From: Eledone cirrhosa
Taxonomy: Eukaryota
DNA length: 64,000 bases
Assembly (NCBI GenBank): GCA_964016885.1
Contig: OZ024742.1
Span: forward strand, 12,028,001-12,092,000
Direction of reading: 5' to 3'
Made by a program: the position numbers and the translations under genes. Of the stretch, positions 30,401-45,615 are shown one piece after another (position 1 is the stretch's first letter; the number at the start of each line of letters is the position of its first letter). Below the pieces are notes generated by a model. It worked only from the letters and a program-made list of their open reading frames with translations, did no database searches and had not been told where the DNA came from.

Positions 30401-33400
30401 ATTTGTTGACAGTTGAGATGTGATAGAGATATGTTGACAGGTGAGATGTGATAGAGATAGAGATATGTTGACAGTTGATAGGTGATAGATATAGCGATAT
30501 GTTGACAGTTGCGATGTGACAGATATAGAGATATGTTGACAGTTGATATCTGATAGATATAGAGATATATTGACAGTTGAGATGTGATAGATATAGAGAT
30601 ATGTTGACAGTTGAGATGTGATAGGGATAGAGATATGTTGACAGTTGAGATGTGATAGAGATAGAGATATGTTGACAGTTGAGATGTGATAGATATAGAG
30701 ATATGTTGACAGTTGAGATGTGATAGATATAGAGATATGTTGACAATTGTGATGTGATAGATATAGAGATATGTTGACAGTTGAGATGTGATAGAGATAT
30801 GTTGACAGTTGAGATGTGATAGAGATATAGATATCTTGACAGTTGAGATGTGATAGAGATATGTTGACAGTTGAGATGTAATTGAGATAGAGATATGTTG
30901 ACAGTTGAGATGTGATAGATATAGAGATATGTTGACAGTTTAGATATGATAGAGATGGAGATATGTTAACAGTTGATAAGTGATAGATATAGAGATATGT
31001 TGACAGTTGAGATGTGATCGAGATAGAGATATGTTGACAGTTGATAAGTGATAGAGATGGAGATATGTTGACAGTTTAAATGTGATAGAGATAGAGATAT
31101 GTTGACAGTTGAGATGTGATAGAGATAGATATATGTGGACAGTTGATATGTGATAGATATAGAGATATGTTGACAGTTAGATGTGATAGAGATAGAGATA
31201 TGTTGACAGTTGAGATGTGATAGAGATAGAGATATGTTGACAGTTGAGATGTGATAGAGATAGAGATATGTTGACAGCTGATATCTGATAGATATAGAGA
31301 TATATTGACAGTTGAGATGTGATAGATATAGAGATATATTGACAGTTGAGATATGATAGAGATGGAGATATGTTGACAGTTGATAAGTGATAGATATAGA
31401 GATATGTTGACAGTTGAGATGTGATAGGGATAGAGATATGTTGACAGTTGAGATGTGATAGAGATATGTTGACAGTTGAGATGTCATAGAGATAGAGATA
31501 TGTTGACAGTTGATATGTGATAGATATAGAGATATGTTGACAGTTAGATGTGATAGATATAGAGATATGTTGAGAGTTGAGATGTGATAAAGACAGAGAT
31601 ATGTTGACAGTTGAGATGTGATAGAGATAGAGATATGTTGACAGTTGAGATGTGATAGAGATAGAGATATGTTGACAGTTGAGATGTGATAGAGATATGT
31701 TGACAGTTGAGTTGTGATATATATAGAGATATGTTGACAGTTGAGATGTGATAGATATAGAGATATGTTGACAGTTGAGATGTGAGAGATATAGAGATAT
31801 GTTGACAGTTGAGATGTGATAGAGATATGTAGACAGTTGAGATGTGATAGAGATAGAGATATCTTGACAGTTGAGATGTGATAGAGATAGAGATATCTTG
31901 ACAGTTGAAATGTGATAGAGATATGTTGACAGTTGAGATGTGATAGGGATAGAGATATGTTGACAGTTGAGATGTGATAGATATAGAGATAGGTTGACAG
32001 TTGAGATCTGATAGAGATAGAGATATGTTGACAGTTGAGATATGATAGAGATGGAGATATGTTGACAGTTGACATGTGATAGAGATATGTTGACAGTTGA
32101 GATGTGATAGAGATAGAGATATGTTTACAGTTGAGATGTGATATAGATATGTTGACAGTTGAGATGTGATAGAGATAGAGATATGTTAACAGTTGAGATG
32201 TGATAGAGATAGAGATATGTTGACAGTTGAGATGTGATAGAGAAAGAGATATGTTGACAGTTGAGATGTGATAGATATAGAGATATGTTGACAGTTGAGA
32301 TGTGATAGATATAGAGATATGTTGACAGTTGAGATGTGATAGATATAGAGATAGGTTGACAGTTGAGATGTGATAGAGATAGAGATATGTTGGCAGTTGA
32401 GATATGATAGAGATGGAGATATGTTGACAGTTGACATGTGATAGAGATATGTTGACAGTTGAGATGTGATAGAGATAGAGATATGTTTACAGTTGAGATG
32501 TGATAGAGATGGAGATATGTTGACAGTTGAGATGTGATAGAGATATGTTGACAGTTGAGATGTGATAGAGATAGAGATATGTTGACAGTTGATATGTGAT
32601 AGATATAGAGATATGTTGACAGTTGATATGTGATAGATATAGAGATATGTTGACAGTTAGATGTGATAGAGATAGAGATATGTTGACAGTTGAGATGTGA
32701 TAAAGATAGAGATATGTTGACAGTTGAGATGTGATAGATATAGAGATATGTTGACAGTTGCGATGTGATAGATATAGAGATATGTTGACAGGTGAGATGT
32801 GATAGAGATAGAGATATGTTGACAGTTGATAGGTGATAGATATAGCGATATGTTGACAGTTGAGATGTGATAGAAATAGAGAGATGTTGACAGTTGATAA
32901 GTGATAGATATAGCGATATGTTGACAGTTGAGATATGATAGAGATAGAGATGTGTTGACAGTTGAGATGTGATAGAGATAGAGATATGTTGACAGTTGAG
33001 ATGTGATAGAGATAGAGATATGTTGACAGTTGAGATGTGATAGAGATAGAGATTTGTTGACAGTTGAGATGTGATAGAGATATGTTGACAGGTGAGATGT
33101 GATAGAGATAGAGATATGTTGACAGTTGATAGGTGATAGATATAGCGATATGTTGACAGTTGCGATGTGACAGATATAGAGATATGTTGACAGTTGAGAT
33201 GTGATAGGGATAGAGATATGTTGACAGTTGAGATGTGATGGAGATAGAGATATGTGGACAGTTGATATCTGATAGATATAGAGATATATTGACAGTTGAG
33301 ATGTGATAGATATAGAGATATGTTGACAGTTGAGATGTGATAGCGATAGAGATATGTTGACAGTTGAGATGTGATAGAGATAGAGATATGTTGACAGTTG

Positions 33401-36400
33401 ATATGTGATAGATATAGAGATATGTTGAGAGTTGAGATGTGATAGAGATAGAGATATGTTGACAGTTGAGATGTGATAGAGATATGTTGACAGTTGAGAT
33501 GTGATATATATAGAGATATCTTGACAGTTGAGATGTGATAGATATAGAGATATGTTGACAGTTGAGATGTGAGAGATATAGAGATATGTTGACAGTTGAC
33601 ATGTGATAGAGATATGTAGACAGTTGAGATGTGATAGAGATAGAGATATCTTGACAGTTGAGATGTGATAGAGATAGAGATATCTTGACAGTTGAGATGT
33701 GATAGAGATATGTTGACAGTTGAGATGTGATAGGGATAGAGATATGTTGACAGTTGAGATGTGATAGATATAGAGATAGGTTGACAGTTGAGATCTGATA
33801 GAGATAGAGATATGTTGACAGTTGAGATATGATAGAGATGGAGATATGTTGACAGTTGACATGTGATAGAGATATGTTGACAGTTGAGATGTGATAGAGA
33901 TAGAGATATGTTTACAGTTGAGATGTGATATAGATATGTTGACAGTTGAGATGTGATAGAGATAGAGATATGTTAACATTTGAGATGTGATAGAGATAGA
34001 GATATGTTGACAGTTGAGATGTGATAGAGAAAGAGATATGTTGACAGTTGAGATGTGATAGATATAGAGATATGTTGACAGTTGAGATGTGATAGATATA
34101 GAGATATGTTGACAGTTGAGATGTGATAGATATAGAGATAGGTTGACAGTTGAGATGTGATAGAGATAGAGATATGTTGACAGTTGAGATATGATAGAGA
34201 TGGAGATATGTTGACAGTTGACATGTGATAGAGATATGTTGACAGTTGAGATGTGATAGAGATAGAGATATGTTTACAGTTGAGATGTGATAGAGATGGA
34301 GATATGTTGACAGTTGAGATGTGATAGAGATATGTTGACAGTTGAGATGTGATAGAGATAGAGATATGTTGACAGTTGATATGTGATAGATATAGAGATA
34401 TGTTGACAGTTGATATGTGATAGATATAGAGATATGTTGACAGTTAGATGTGATAGAGATAGAGATATGTTGACAGTTGAGATGTGATAAAGATAGAGAT
34501 ATGTTGACAGTTGAGATGTGATAGATATAGAGATATGTTGACAGTTGCGATGTGATAGATATAGAGATATGTTGACAGGTGAGATGTGATAGAGATAGAG
34601 ATATGTTGACAGTTGAGATGTGATAGAGATAGAGATATGTTGACAGTTGATAGGTGATAGATATAGCGATATGTTGACAGTTGCGATGTGACAGATATAG
34701 AGATATGTTGACAGTTGATATCTGATAGATATAGAGATATATTGACAGTTGAGATGTGATAGATATAGAGATATGTTGACAGTTGAGATGTGATAGGGAT
34801 AGAGATATGTTGACAGTTGAGATGTGATAGAGATAGAGATATGTTGACAGTTGAGATGTGATAGATATAGAGATATGTTGACAGTTGCGATGTGACAGAT
34901 ATAGAGATATGTTGACAGTTGATATCTGATAGATATAGAGATATATTGACAGTTGAGATGTGATAGATATAGAGATATGTTGACAGTTGAGATGTGATAG
35001 GGATAGAGATATGTTGACAGTTGAGATGTGATAGAGATAGAGATATGTTGACAGTTGAGATGTGATAGATATAGAGATATGTTGACAGTTGAGATGTGAT
35101 AGATATAGAGATATGTTGACAATTGTGATGTGATAGATATAGAGATATGTTGACAGTTGAGATGTGATAGAGATATGTTGACAGTTGAGATGTGATAGAG
35201 ATATAGATATCTTGACAGTTGAGATGTGATAGAGATATGTTGACAGTTGAGATGTAATTGAGATAGAGATATGTTGACAGTTGAGATGTGATAGATATAG
35301 AGATATGTTGACAGTTTAGATATGATAGAGATGGAGATATGTTAACAGTTGATAAGTGATAGATATAGAGATATGTTGACAGTTGAGATGTGATCGAGAT
35401 AGAGATATGTTGACAGTTGATAAGTGATAGAGATGGAGATATGTTGACAGTTTAAATGTGATAGAGATAGAGATATGTTGACAGTTGAGATGTGATAGAG
35501 ATAGATATATGTGGACAGTTGATATGTGATAGATATAGAGATATGTTGACAGTTAGATGTGATAGAGATAGAGATATGTTGACAGTTGAGATGTGATAGA
35601 GATAGAGATATGTTGACAGTTGAGATGTGATAGAGATAGAGATATGTTGACAGCTGATATCTGATAGATATAGAGATATATTGACAGTTGAGATGTGATA
35701 GATATAGAGATATATTGACAGTTGAGATATGATAGAGATGGAGATATGTTGACAGTTGATAAGTGATAGATATAGAGATATGTTGACAGTTGAGATGTGA
35801 TAGGGATAGAGATATGTTGACAGTTGAGATGTGATAGAGATATGTTGACAGTTGAGATGTCATAGAGATAGAGATATGTTGACAGTTGATATGTGATAGA
35901 TATAGAGATATGTTGACAGTTAGATGTGATAGATATAGAGATATGTTGAGAGTTGAGATGTGATAAAGACAGAGATATGTTGACAGTTGAGATGTGATAG
36001 AGATAGAGATATGTTGACAGTTGAGATGTGATAGAGATAGAGATATGTTGACAGTTGAGATGTGATAGAGATATGTTGACAGTTGAGTTGTGATATATAT
36101 AGAGATATGTTGACAGTTGAGATGTGATAGATATAGAGATATGTTGACAGTTGAGATGTGAGAGATATAGAGATATGTTGACAGTTGAGATGTGATAGAG
36201 ATATGTAGACAGTTGAGATGTGATAGAGATAGAGATATCTTGACAGTTGAGATGTGATAGAGATAGAGATATCTTGACAGTTGAGATGTGATAGAGATAG
36301 AGATATCTTGACAGTTGAGATGTGATAGAGATATGTTGACAGTTGAGATGTGATAGGGATAGAGATGTGTTGACAGTTGATATGTGATAGAGATAGAGAT

Positions 36401-39400
36401 ATGTTGACAGTTGAGATGTGATAGAGATATGTTGACAGTTGAGATGTGATAGAGATAGAGATATGTTGACAGTTGAGATGTGATAGAGATAGAGATATGT
36501 TGACAGTTGAGATGTGATAGATATAGAGATATGTTGACAGTTGAGATATGATAGCGATGGAGATATGTTGACAGTTGAGATGTGATAGAGATATGTTGAC
36601 AGTTGAGATGTGATAGAGTTAGAAATATGTTGACAGTTGAGATGTGATAGATATAGAGATATGTTGACAGTTGAGATGTGATAAAGATAGAGATATGTTG
36701 ACAGTTGAGATGTGATAGAGATAGAGATATGTTGACAGTTGAGATATGATAGCGATGGAGATATGTTGACAGTTGAGATGTGATATAGATATGTTGACAG
36801 TTGAGATGTGATAGAGTTAGAAATATGTTGACAGTTGAGATGTGATAGATATAGAGATATGTTGACAGTTGAGATATGATAGAGATAGAGATATGTTGAC
36901 AGTTGAGATGTGATAGAGATGGAGGTATGTTAACAGTTGATAAGTGATAGATATAGAGATATGTTGACAGTTGAGATGTGATCGAGATAGAGATATGTTG
37001 ACAGTTGATAAGTGATAAAGATGGAGATATGTTGACAGTTGAGATGTGATAGAGATGGAGATATGTTAACAGTTGATAAGTGATAGATATAGAGATATGT
37101 TGACAGTTGACATGTGATCGAGATAGAGATATGTTGACAGTTGATAAGTGATAGAGATGGAGATATGTTGACAGTTGAAATGTGATAGAGATAGAGATAT
37201 GTTGACAGTTGAGATGTGATAGAGATAGATATATGTGCACAGTTGATATGTGATAGATATAGAGATATGTTGACAGTTGAGATATGATAGAGATGGAGAT
37301 ATGTTGACAGTTGAGATGTGATAGAGATGGAGATATGTTGACAGTTGATAAGTGATAGATATAGAGATATGTTGACAGTTGAGATGTGATAGGGATAGAG
37401 ATATGTTGACAGTTAGATGTGATAGAGATAGAGATATATTGAGAGTTGAGATGTGATAAAGACAGAGATATGTTGACAGTTGAGATGTGATAGAGATAGA
37501 GATATGTTGACAGTTGAGATGTGATAGAGATAGAGATATGTTGACAGTTGAGATGTGATAGAGATATGTTGACAGTTGAGATGTGATATATATAGAGATA
37601 TGTTGACAGTTGAGATGTGATAGATATAGAGATATGTTGACAGTTGAGATGTGAGAGATATAGAGATATGTTGACCGTTGAGATGTGATAGAGATATGTA
37701 GACAGTTGAGATGTGATAGAGATAGAGATATTTTGACAGTTGAGATGTGATAGAGATAGAGATATCTTGACAGTTGAGATGTGATAGAGATATGTTGACA
37801 GTTGAGATGTGATAGGGATAGAGATGTGTTGACAGTTGAGATGTGATAGAGATAGAGATATGTTGACAGTTGAGATGTGATAGAGATATGTTGACAGTTG
37901 AGATGTGATAGAGATAGAGATATGTTGACAGTTGAGATGTGATAGAGATAGAGATATGTTGACAGTTGAGATGTGATAGAGAAAGAGATATGTTGACAGT
38001 TGAGATGTGATAGATATAGAGATATGTTGACAGTTGAGATGTGATAGATATAGAGATATGTTGACAGTTGAGATATGATAGCGATGGAGATATGTTGACA
38101 GTTGAGATGTGATAGAGATATGTTGACAGTTGAGATGTGATAGAGTTAGAAATATGTTGACAGTTGAGATGTGATAGATATAGAGATATGTTGACAGTTG
38201 AGATGTGATAAAGATAGAGATATGTTGACAGTTGAGATGTGATAGAGATAGAGATATGTTGACAGTTGAGATATGATAGCGATGGAGATATGTTGTCAGT
38301 TGAGATGTGATAGAGATATGTTGACAGTTGAGATGTGATAGAGTTAGAAATATGTTGACAGTTGAGATGTGATAGATATAGAGATATGTTGACAGTTGAG
38401 ATATGATAGCGATGGAGATATGTTGACAGTTGAGATGTGATAGAGCAAGAGATATGTTGACAGTTGAGATGTGATAGATATAGAGATATGTTGACAGTTG
38501 AGATATGATAGCGATGGAGATATGTTGACAGTTGAGATGTGATAGAGATATGTTGACAGTTGAGATGTGATAGAGTTAGAAATATGTTGACAGTTGAGAA
38601 TTGATAGATATAAAGATATGTTGACAGTTGAGATGTGATAAAGATAGAGATATGTTGACAGTTGAGATGTGATAGAGATATGTTGACAGTTGAGATGTGA
38701 TAGATATAGAGATATGTTGACAGTTGAGATGTGATAGATATAGAGATATGTTGACAGTTGAGATGTGATAGATATAGAGATATGTTGACAGCTGAGATGT
38801 GATAGAGATAGAGATATGTTGACAGTTGTGATGTGATAGATATAGAGATATTTTGACAGTTGAGATGTGATAGATATAGAGATATGTTGACAGTTGAGAT
38901 CTGATAGATATATAGAGATATGTTGACAGTTGAGATGTGATAGAGTTAGAAATATGTTGACAGTTGAGATGTGATAGATATAGAGATATGTTGACAGTTG
39001 TGATGTGATAGAGAAAGAGATATTTTGACAGTTGAGATGTGATAGAGAAAGAGATATGTTGACAGTTGAAATGTGATAGAGAAAGAGATATGTTGACAGT
39101 TGAGATGTGATATGGATAGAGATGTGTTGACAGTTGAGAGGTGATAGAGAAAGAGATATTTTGACAGTTGATAGGTGATATATATAGCGATATGTTGACA
39201 GTTGAGATGTGATAGAGATAGAGATATGTTGACAGTTGATAAGTGATAGATATAGAGATATGTTGACAGTTGAGATATGATAGATATAGAGATATGTTGA
39301 CAGTTGTGATGTGATAGAGAAAGAGATATTTTGACAGCTGAGATGTGATAGAGAAAGAGATATGTTGACAGTTGAAATGTGATAGAGAAAGAGATATGTT

Positions 39401-42400
39401 GACAGTTGAGATGTGATAGGGATAGAGATGTGTTGACAGTTGAGAGGTGATAGATATAAAGATATGTTGACAGTTGAGATGTGATAGAGATAGAGATATG
39501 TTGACAGTTGATAAGTGATAGATATAGAGATATGTTGACAGTTGAGATGTGATAGAGATAGAGATATGTTGACAGTTGAGATGTGATAGATATAGAGATA
39601 TGTTGACAGTTGAGATGTGATAGATATAGAGATATGTTGACAGTTGAGATGTGATAGATATAGAGATATGTTGACAGTTGATAAGTGATAGATATAGAGA
39701 TATGTTGACAGTTGAGATGTGATAGAGATAGAGATATGTTGACAGTTGAGATGTGATAGATATAGAGATATGTTGACAGTTGAGATGTGATAGATATAGA
39801 GATATGTTGACAGTTGAGATGTGATAAAGATAGAGATATGTTGACAGTTGAGATGTGATAGAGATAGAGATATGTTGACAGTTGAGATATGATAGCGATG
39901 GAGATATGTTGACAGTTGAGATGTGATATAGATATGTTGACAGTTGAGATGTGATAGAGTTAGAAATATGTTGACAGTTGAGATGTGATAGATATAGAGA
40001 TATGTTGACAGTTGAGATATGATAGAGATAGAGATATGTTGACAGTTGAGATGTGATAGAGATGGAGATATGTTAACAGTTGATAAGTGATAGATATAGA
40101 GATATGTTGACAGTTGACATGTGATCGAGATAGAGATATGTTGACAGTTGATAAGTGATAGAGATGGAGATATGTTGACAGTTGAAATGTGATAGAGATA
40201 GAGATATGTTGACAGTTGAGATGTGATAGAGATAGAGATATGTTGACAGTTGATATCTGATAGATATAGAGATATATTGACAGTTGAGATGTGATATATA
40301 TAGAGATATGTTGACAGTTGAGATATGATAGAGATGGAGATATGTTGACAGTTGAGATGTGATAGAGATGGAGATATGTTGACAGTTAGATGTGATAGAT
40401 ATAGAGATATGTTGACAGTTGAGATGTGATAGAGATAGAGATATGTTGACAGTTGAGATGTGATAGAGATAGAGATATGTTGACAGTTGATATCTGATAG
40501 ATATAGAGATATATTGACAGTTGAGATGTGATAGATATAGAGATATGTTGACAGTTGAGATATGATAGAGATGGAGATATGTTGACAGTTGAGATGTGAT
40601 AGAGATGGAGATATGTTGACAGTTGATAAGTGATAGATATAGAGATATGTTGACAGTTGAGATGTGATAGGGATAGAGATATGTTGACAGTTAGATGTGA
40701 TAGAGATAGAGATATGTTGAGAGTTGAGATGTGATAAAGACAGAGATATGTTGACAGTTGAGATGTGATAGAGATAGAGATATGTTGACAGTTGAGATGT
40801 GATAGAGATAGAGATATGTTGACAGTTGAGATGTGATAGAGATATGTTGACAGTTGAGATGTGATATATATAGAGATATGTTGACAGTTGAGATGTGATA
40901 GATATAGAGATATGTTGACAGTTGAGATGTGAGAGATATAGAGATATGTTGACCGTTGAGATGTGATAGAGATATGTAGACAGTTGAGATGTGATAGAGA
41001 TAGAGATATCTTGACAGTTGAGATGTGATAGAGATAGAGATATCTTGACAGTTGAGATGTGATAGAGATATGTTGACAGTTGAGATGTGATAGGGATAGA
41101 GATGTGTTGACAGTTGAGATGTGATAGAGATAGAGATATGTTGACAGTTGAGATGTGATAGAGATATGTTGACAGTTGAGATGTGATAGAGATAGAGATA
41201 TGTTGACAGTTGAGATGTGATAGAGATAGAGATATGTTGACAGTTGAGATGTGATAGAGAAAGAGATATGTTGACAGTTGAGATGTGATAGATATAGAGA
41301 TATGTTGACAGTTGAGATGTGATAGATATAGAGATATGTTGACAGTTGAGATATGATAGCGATGGAGATATGTTGACAGTTGAGATGTGATAGAGATAGA
41401 GATATGTTGACAGTTGAGATATGATAGCGATGGAGATATGTTGTCAGTTGAGATGTGATAGAGATATGTTGACAGTTGAGATGTGATAGAGTTAGAAATA
41501 TGTTGACAGTTGAGATGTGATAGATATAGAGATATGTTGACAGTTGAGATATGATAACGATGGAGATATGTTGACAGTTGAGATGTGATAGAGATATGTT
41601 GACAGTTGAGATGTGATAGAGTTAGAAATATGTTGACAGTTGAGAATTGATAGATATAAAGATATGTTGACAGTTGAGATGTGATAGAGATAGAGATATG
41701 TTGACAGTTGAGATGTGATAGAGATATGTTGACAGTTGAGATGTGATATATATAGAGATATGTTGACAGCTGAGATGTGATAGATATAGAGATATGTTGA
41801 CAGTTGAGATGTGAGAGATATAGAGATATGTTGACCGTTGAGATGTGATAGAGATATGTAGACAGTTGAGATGTGATAGAGATAGAGATATCTTGACAGT
41901 TGAGATGTGATAGAGATAGAGATATCTTGACAGTTGAGATGTGATAGAGATATGTTGACAGTTGAGATGTGATAGGGATAGAGATGTGTTGACAGTTGAG
42001 ATGTGATAGAGATAGAGATATGTTGACAGTTGAGATGTGATAGAGATATGTTGACAGTTGAGATGTGATAGAGATATGTTGACAGTTGAGATGTGATAGA
42101 GATAGAGATATGTTGACAGTTGAGATGTGATAGAGATAGAGATATGTTGACAGTTGAGATGTGATAGAGAAAGAGATATGTTGACAGTTGAGATGTGATA
42201 GATATAGAGATATGTTGACAGTTGAGATGTGATAGATATAGAGATATGTTGACAGTTGAGATATGATAGCGATGGAGATATGTTGACAGTTGAGATGTGA
42301 TAGAGATATGTTGACAGTTGAGATGTGATAGAGTTAGAAATATGTTGACAGTTGAGATGTGATAGATATAGAGATATGTTGACAGTTGAGATGTGATAGA

Positions 42401-43472
42401 TATAGAGATATGTTGACAGTTGAGATGTGATAAAGATAGAGATATGTTGACAGTTGAGATGTGATAGAGATAGAGATATGTTGACAGTTGAGATATGATA
42501 GCGATGGAGATATGTTGACAGTTGAGATGTGATATAGATATGTTGACAGTTGAGATGTGATAGAGTTAGAAATATGTTGACAGTTGAGATGTGATAGATA
42601 TAGAGATATGTTGACAGTTGAGATATGATAGAGATAGAGATATGTTGACAGTTGAGATGTGATAGAGATGGAGATATGTTAACAGTTGATAAGTGATAGA
42701 TATAGAGATATGTTGACAGTTGACATGTGATCGAGATAGAGATATGTTGACAGTTGATAAGTGATAGAGATGGAGATATGTTGACAGTTGAAATGTGATA
42801 GAGATAGAGATATGTTGACAGTTGAGATGTGATAGAGATAGAGATATGTTGACAGTTGATATCTGATAGATATAGAGATATATTGACAGTTGAGATGTGA
42901 TATATATAGAGATATGTTGACAGTTGAGATATGATAGAGATGGAGATATGTTGACAGTTGAGATGTGATAGAGATGGAGATATGTTGACAGTTAGATGTG
43001 ATAGATATAGAGATATGTTGACAGTTGAGATGTGATAGAGATAGAGATATGTTGACAGTTGAGATGTGATAGAGATAGAGATATGTTGACAGTTGAGATG
43101 TGATAGAGATAGAGATATGTTGACAGTTGATATCTGATAGATATAGAGATATATTGACAGTTGAGATGTGATAGATATAGAGATATGTTGACAGTTGAGA
43201 TATGATAGAGATGGAGATATGTTGACAGTTGAGATGTGATAGAGATGGAGATATGTTGACAGTTGATAAGTGATAGATATAGAGATATGTTGACAGTTGA
43301 GATGTGATAGGGATAGAGATATGTTGACAGTTAGATGTGATAGAGATAGAGATATGTTGAGAGTTGAGATGTGATAAAGACAGAGATATGTTGACAGTTG
43401 AGATGTGATAGAGATAGAGATATGTTGACAGTTGAGATGTGATAGAGATAGAGATATGTTGACAGTTGAGAT
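27405..43472. repeat. Higher-order repeat copy C (about 16 kb)
   Basis: Matches copy A at +27,038, then at +27,055 after the 17-bp indel near 39110. GTGCAC is at 37235. Confidence 0.9.
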
Positions 43473-45540
43473 GTGATAGAGATATGTTGACAGTTGAGAT
43501 GTGATATATATAGAGATATGTTGACAGTTGAGATGTGATAGATATAGAGATATGTTGACAGTTGAGATGTGAGAGATATAGAGATATGTTGACCGTTGAG
43601 ATGTGATAGAGATATGTAGACAGTTGAGATGTGATAGAGATAGAGATATCTTGACAGTTGAGATGTGATAGAGATAGAGATATCTTGACAGTTGAGATGT
43701 GATAGAGATATGTTGACAGTTGAGATGTGATAGGGATAGAGATGTGTTGACAGTTGAGATGTGATAGAGATAGAGATATGTTGACAGTTGAGATGTGATA
43801 GAGATATGTTGACAGTTGAGATGTGATAGAGATAGAGATATGTTGACAGTTGAGATGTGATAGAGATAGAGATATGTTGACAGTTGAGATGTGATAGAGA
43901 AAGAGATATGTTGACAGTTGAGATGTGATAGATATAGAGATATGTTGACAGTTGAGATGTGATAGATATAGAGATATGTTGACAGTTGAGATATGATAGC
44001 GATGGAGATATGTTGACAGTTGAGATGTGATAGAGATAGAGATATGTTGACAGTTGAGATATGATAGCGATGGAGATATGTTGTCAGTTGAGATGTGATA
44101 GAGATATGTTGACAGTTGAGATGTGATAGAGTTAGAAATATGTTGACAGTTGAGATGTGATAGATATAGAGATATGTTGACAGTTGAGATATGATAACGA
44201 TGGAGATATGTTGACAGTTGAGATGTGATAGAGATATGTTGACAGTTGAGATGTGATAGAGTTAGAAATATGTTGACAGTTGAGAATTGATAGATATAAA
44301 GATATGTTGACAGTTGAGATGTGATAGAGATAGAGATATGTTGACAGTTGAGATGTGATAGAGATATGTTGACAGTTGAGATGTGATATATATAGAGATA
44401 TGTTGACAGTTGAGATGTGATAGATATAGAGATATGTTGACAGTTGAGATGTGAGAGATATAGAGATATGTTGACCGTTGAGATGTGATAGAGATATGTA
44501 GACAGTTGAGATGTGATAGAGATAGAGATATCTTGACAGTTGAGATGTGATAGAGATAGAGATATCTTGACAGTTGAGATGTGATAGAGATATGTTGACA
44601 GTTGAGATGTGATAGGGATAGAGATGTGTTGACAGTTGAGATGTGATAGAGATAGAGATATGTTGACAGTTGAGATGTGATAGAGATATGTTGACAGTTG
44701 AGATGTGATAGAGATATGTTGACAGTTGAGATGTGATAGAGATAGAGATATGTTGACAGTTGAGATGTGATAGAGATAGAGATATGTTGACAGTTGAGAT
44801 GTGATAGAGAAAGAGATATGTTGACAGTTGAGATGTGATAGATATAGAGATATGTTGACAGTTGAGATGTGATAGATATAGAGATATGTTGACAGTTGAG
44901 ATATGATAGCGATGGAGATATGTTGACAGTTGAGATGTGATAGAGATATGTTGACAGTTGAGATGTGATAGAGTTAGAAATATGTTGACAGTTGAGATGT
45001 GATAGATATAGAGATATGTTGACAGTTGAGATGTGATAAAGATAGAGATATGTTGACAGTTGAGATGTGATAGAGATAGAGATATGTTGACAGTTGAGAT
45101 ATGATAGCGATGGAGATATGTTGTCAGTTGAGATGTGATAGAGATATGTTGACAGTTGAGATGTGATAGAGTTAGAAATATGTTGACAGTTGAGATGTGA
45201 TAGATATAGAGATATGTTGACAGTTGAGATATGATAACGATGGAGATATGTTGACAGTTGAGATGTGATAGAGCAAGAGATATGTTGACAGTTGAGATGT
45301 GATAGATATAGAGATATGTTGACAGTTGAGATATGATAGCGATGGAGATATGTTGACAGTTGAGATGTGATAGAGATATGTTGACAGTTGAGATGTGATA
45401 GAGTTAGAAATATGTTGACAGTTGAGAATTGATAGATATAAAGATATGTTGACAGTTGAGATGTGATAAAGATAGAGATATGTTGACAGTTGAGATGTGA
45501 TAGAGATATGTTGACAGTTGAGATGTGATAGAAAAGATAC

Positions 45541-45600
45541 GACACTCCTTCCATGGCAGTCAATGTTGAAGTGTCTCTTTATAGCAGGACTGACCCTCGC
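45541..45600 (-). other. Candidate exon behind a strong 3' splice site (unverified)
   Basis: The minus strand has about 55 nt of pyrimidine-rich sequence, then GTTTTGTTGTTTCAG|GCGAGG, then 60 nt of unique sequence up to the satellite edge. The donor GTATCT is weak. Confidence 0.3.
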
Positions 45601-45615
45601 CTGAAACAACAAAAC

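Larger units (their letters stand above)
1..45539. repeat. 34-bp tandem satellite array, roughly 1,350-1,400 monomers, running off the left edge of the window
   Basis: Consensus GTTGACAGTTGAGATGTGATAGAGATAGAGATAT repeats without interruption. Frequent 28-bp variants lack one AGAGAT; 33-bp variants read GTTAGATG; rare 36-bp and 17-bp units occur. Minus-strand ORFs repeat with a 34-aa period (3 monomers). The last monomer is 45510-45539. Confidence 0.99.

Noticed and set aside
1-45539. CRISPR array (repeat of CRISPR-like length starting GTT)
   Set aside because: There are no unique spacers, the monomers abut directly, there are no cas genes, and the context is eukaryotic TEs.
615-45563. Long minus-strand ORFs up to 820 aa (STVNISLSLSHLNCQHISISITSQL repeats)
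   Set aside because: They are translations of the 34-bp satellite. They are open in overlapping frames because that strand has almost no G, and their starts and stops come from sporadic monomer variants.
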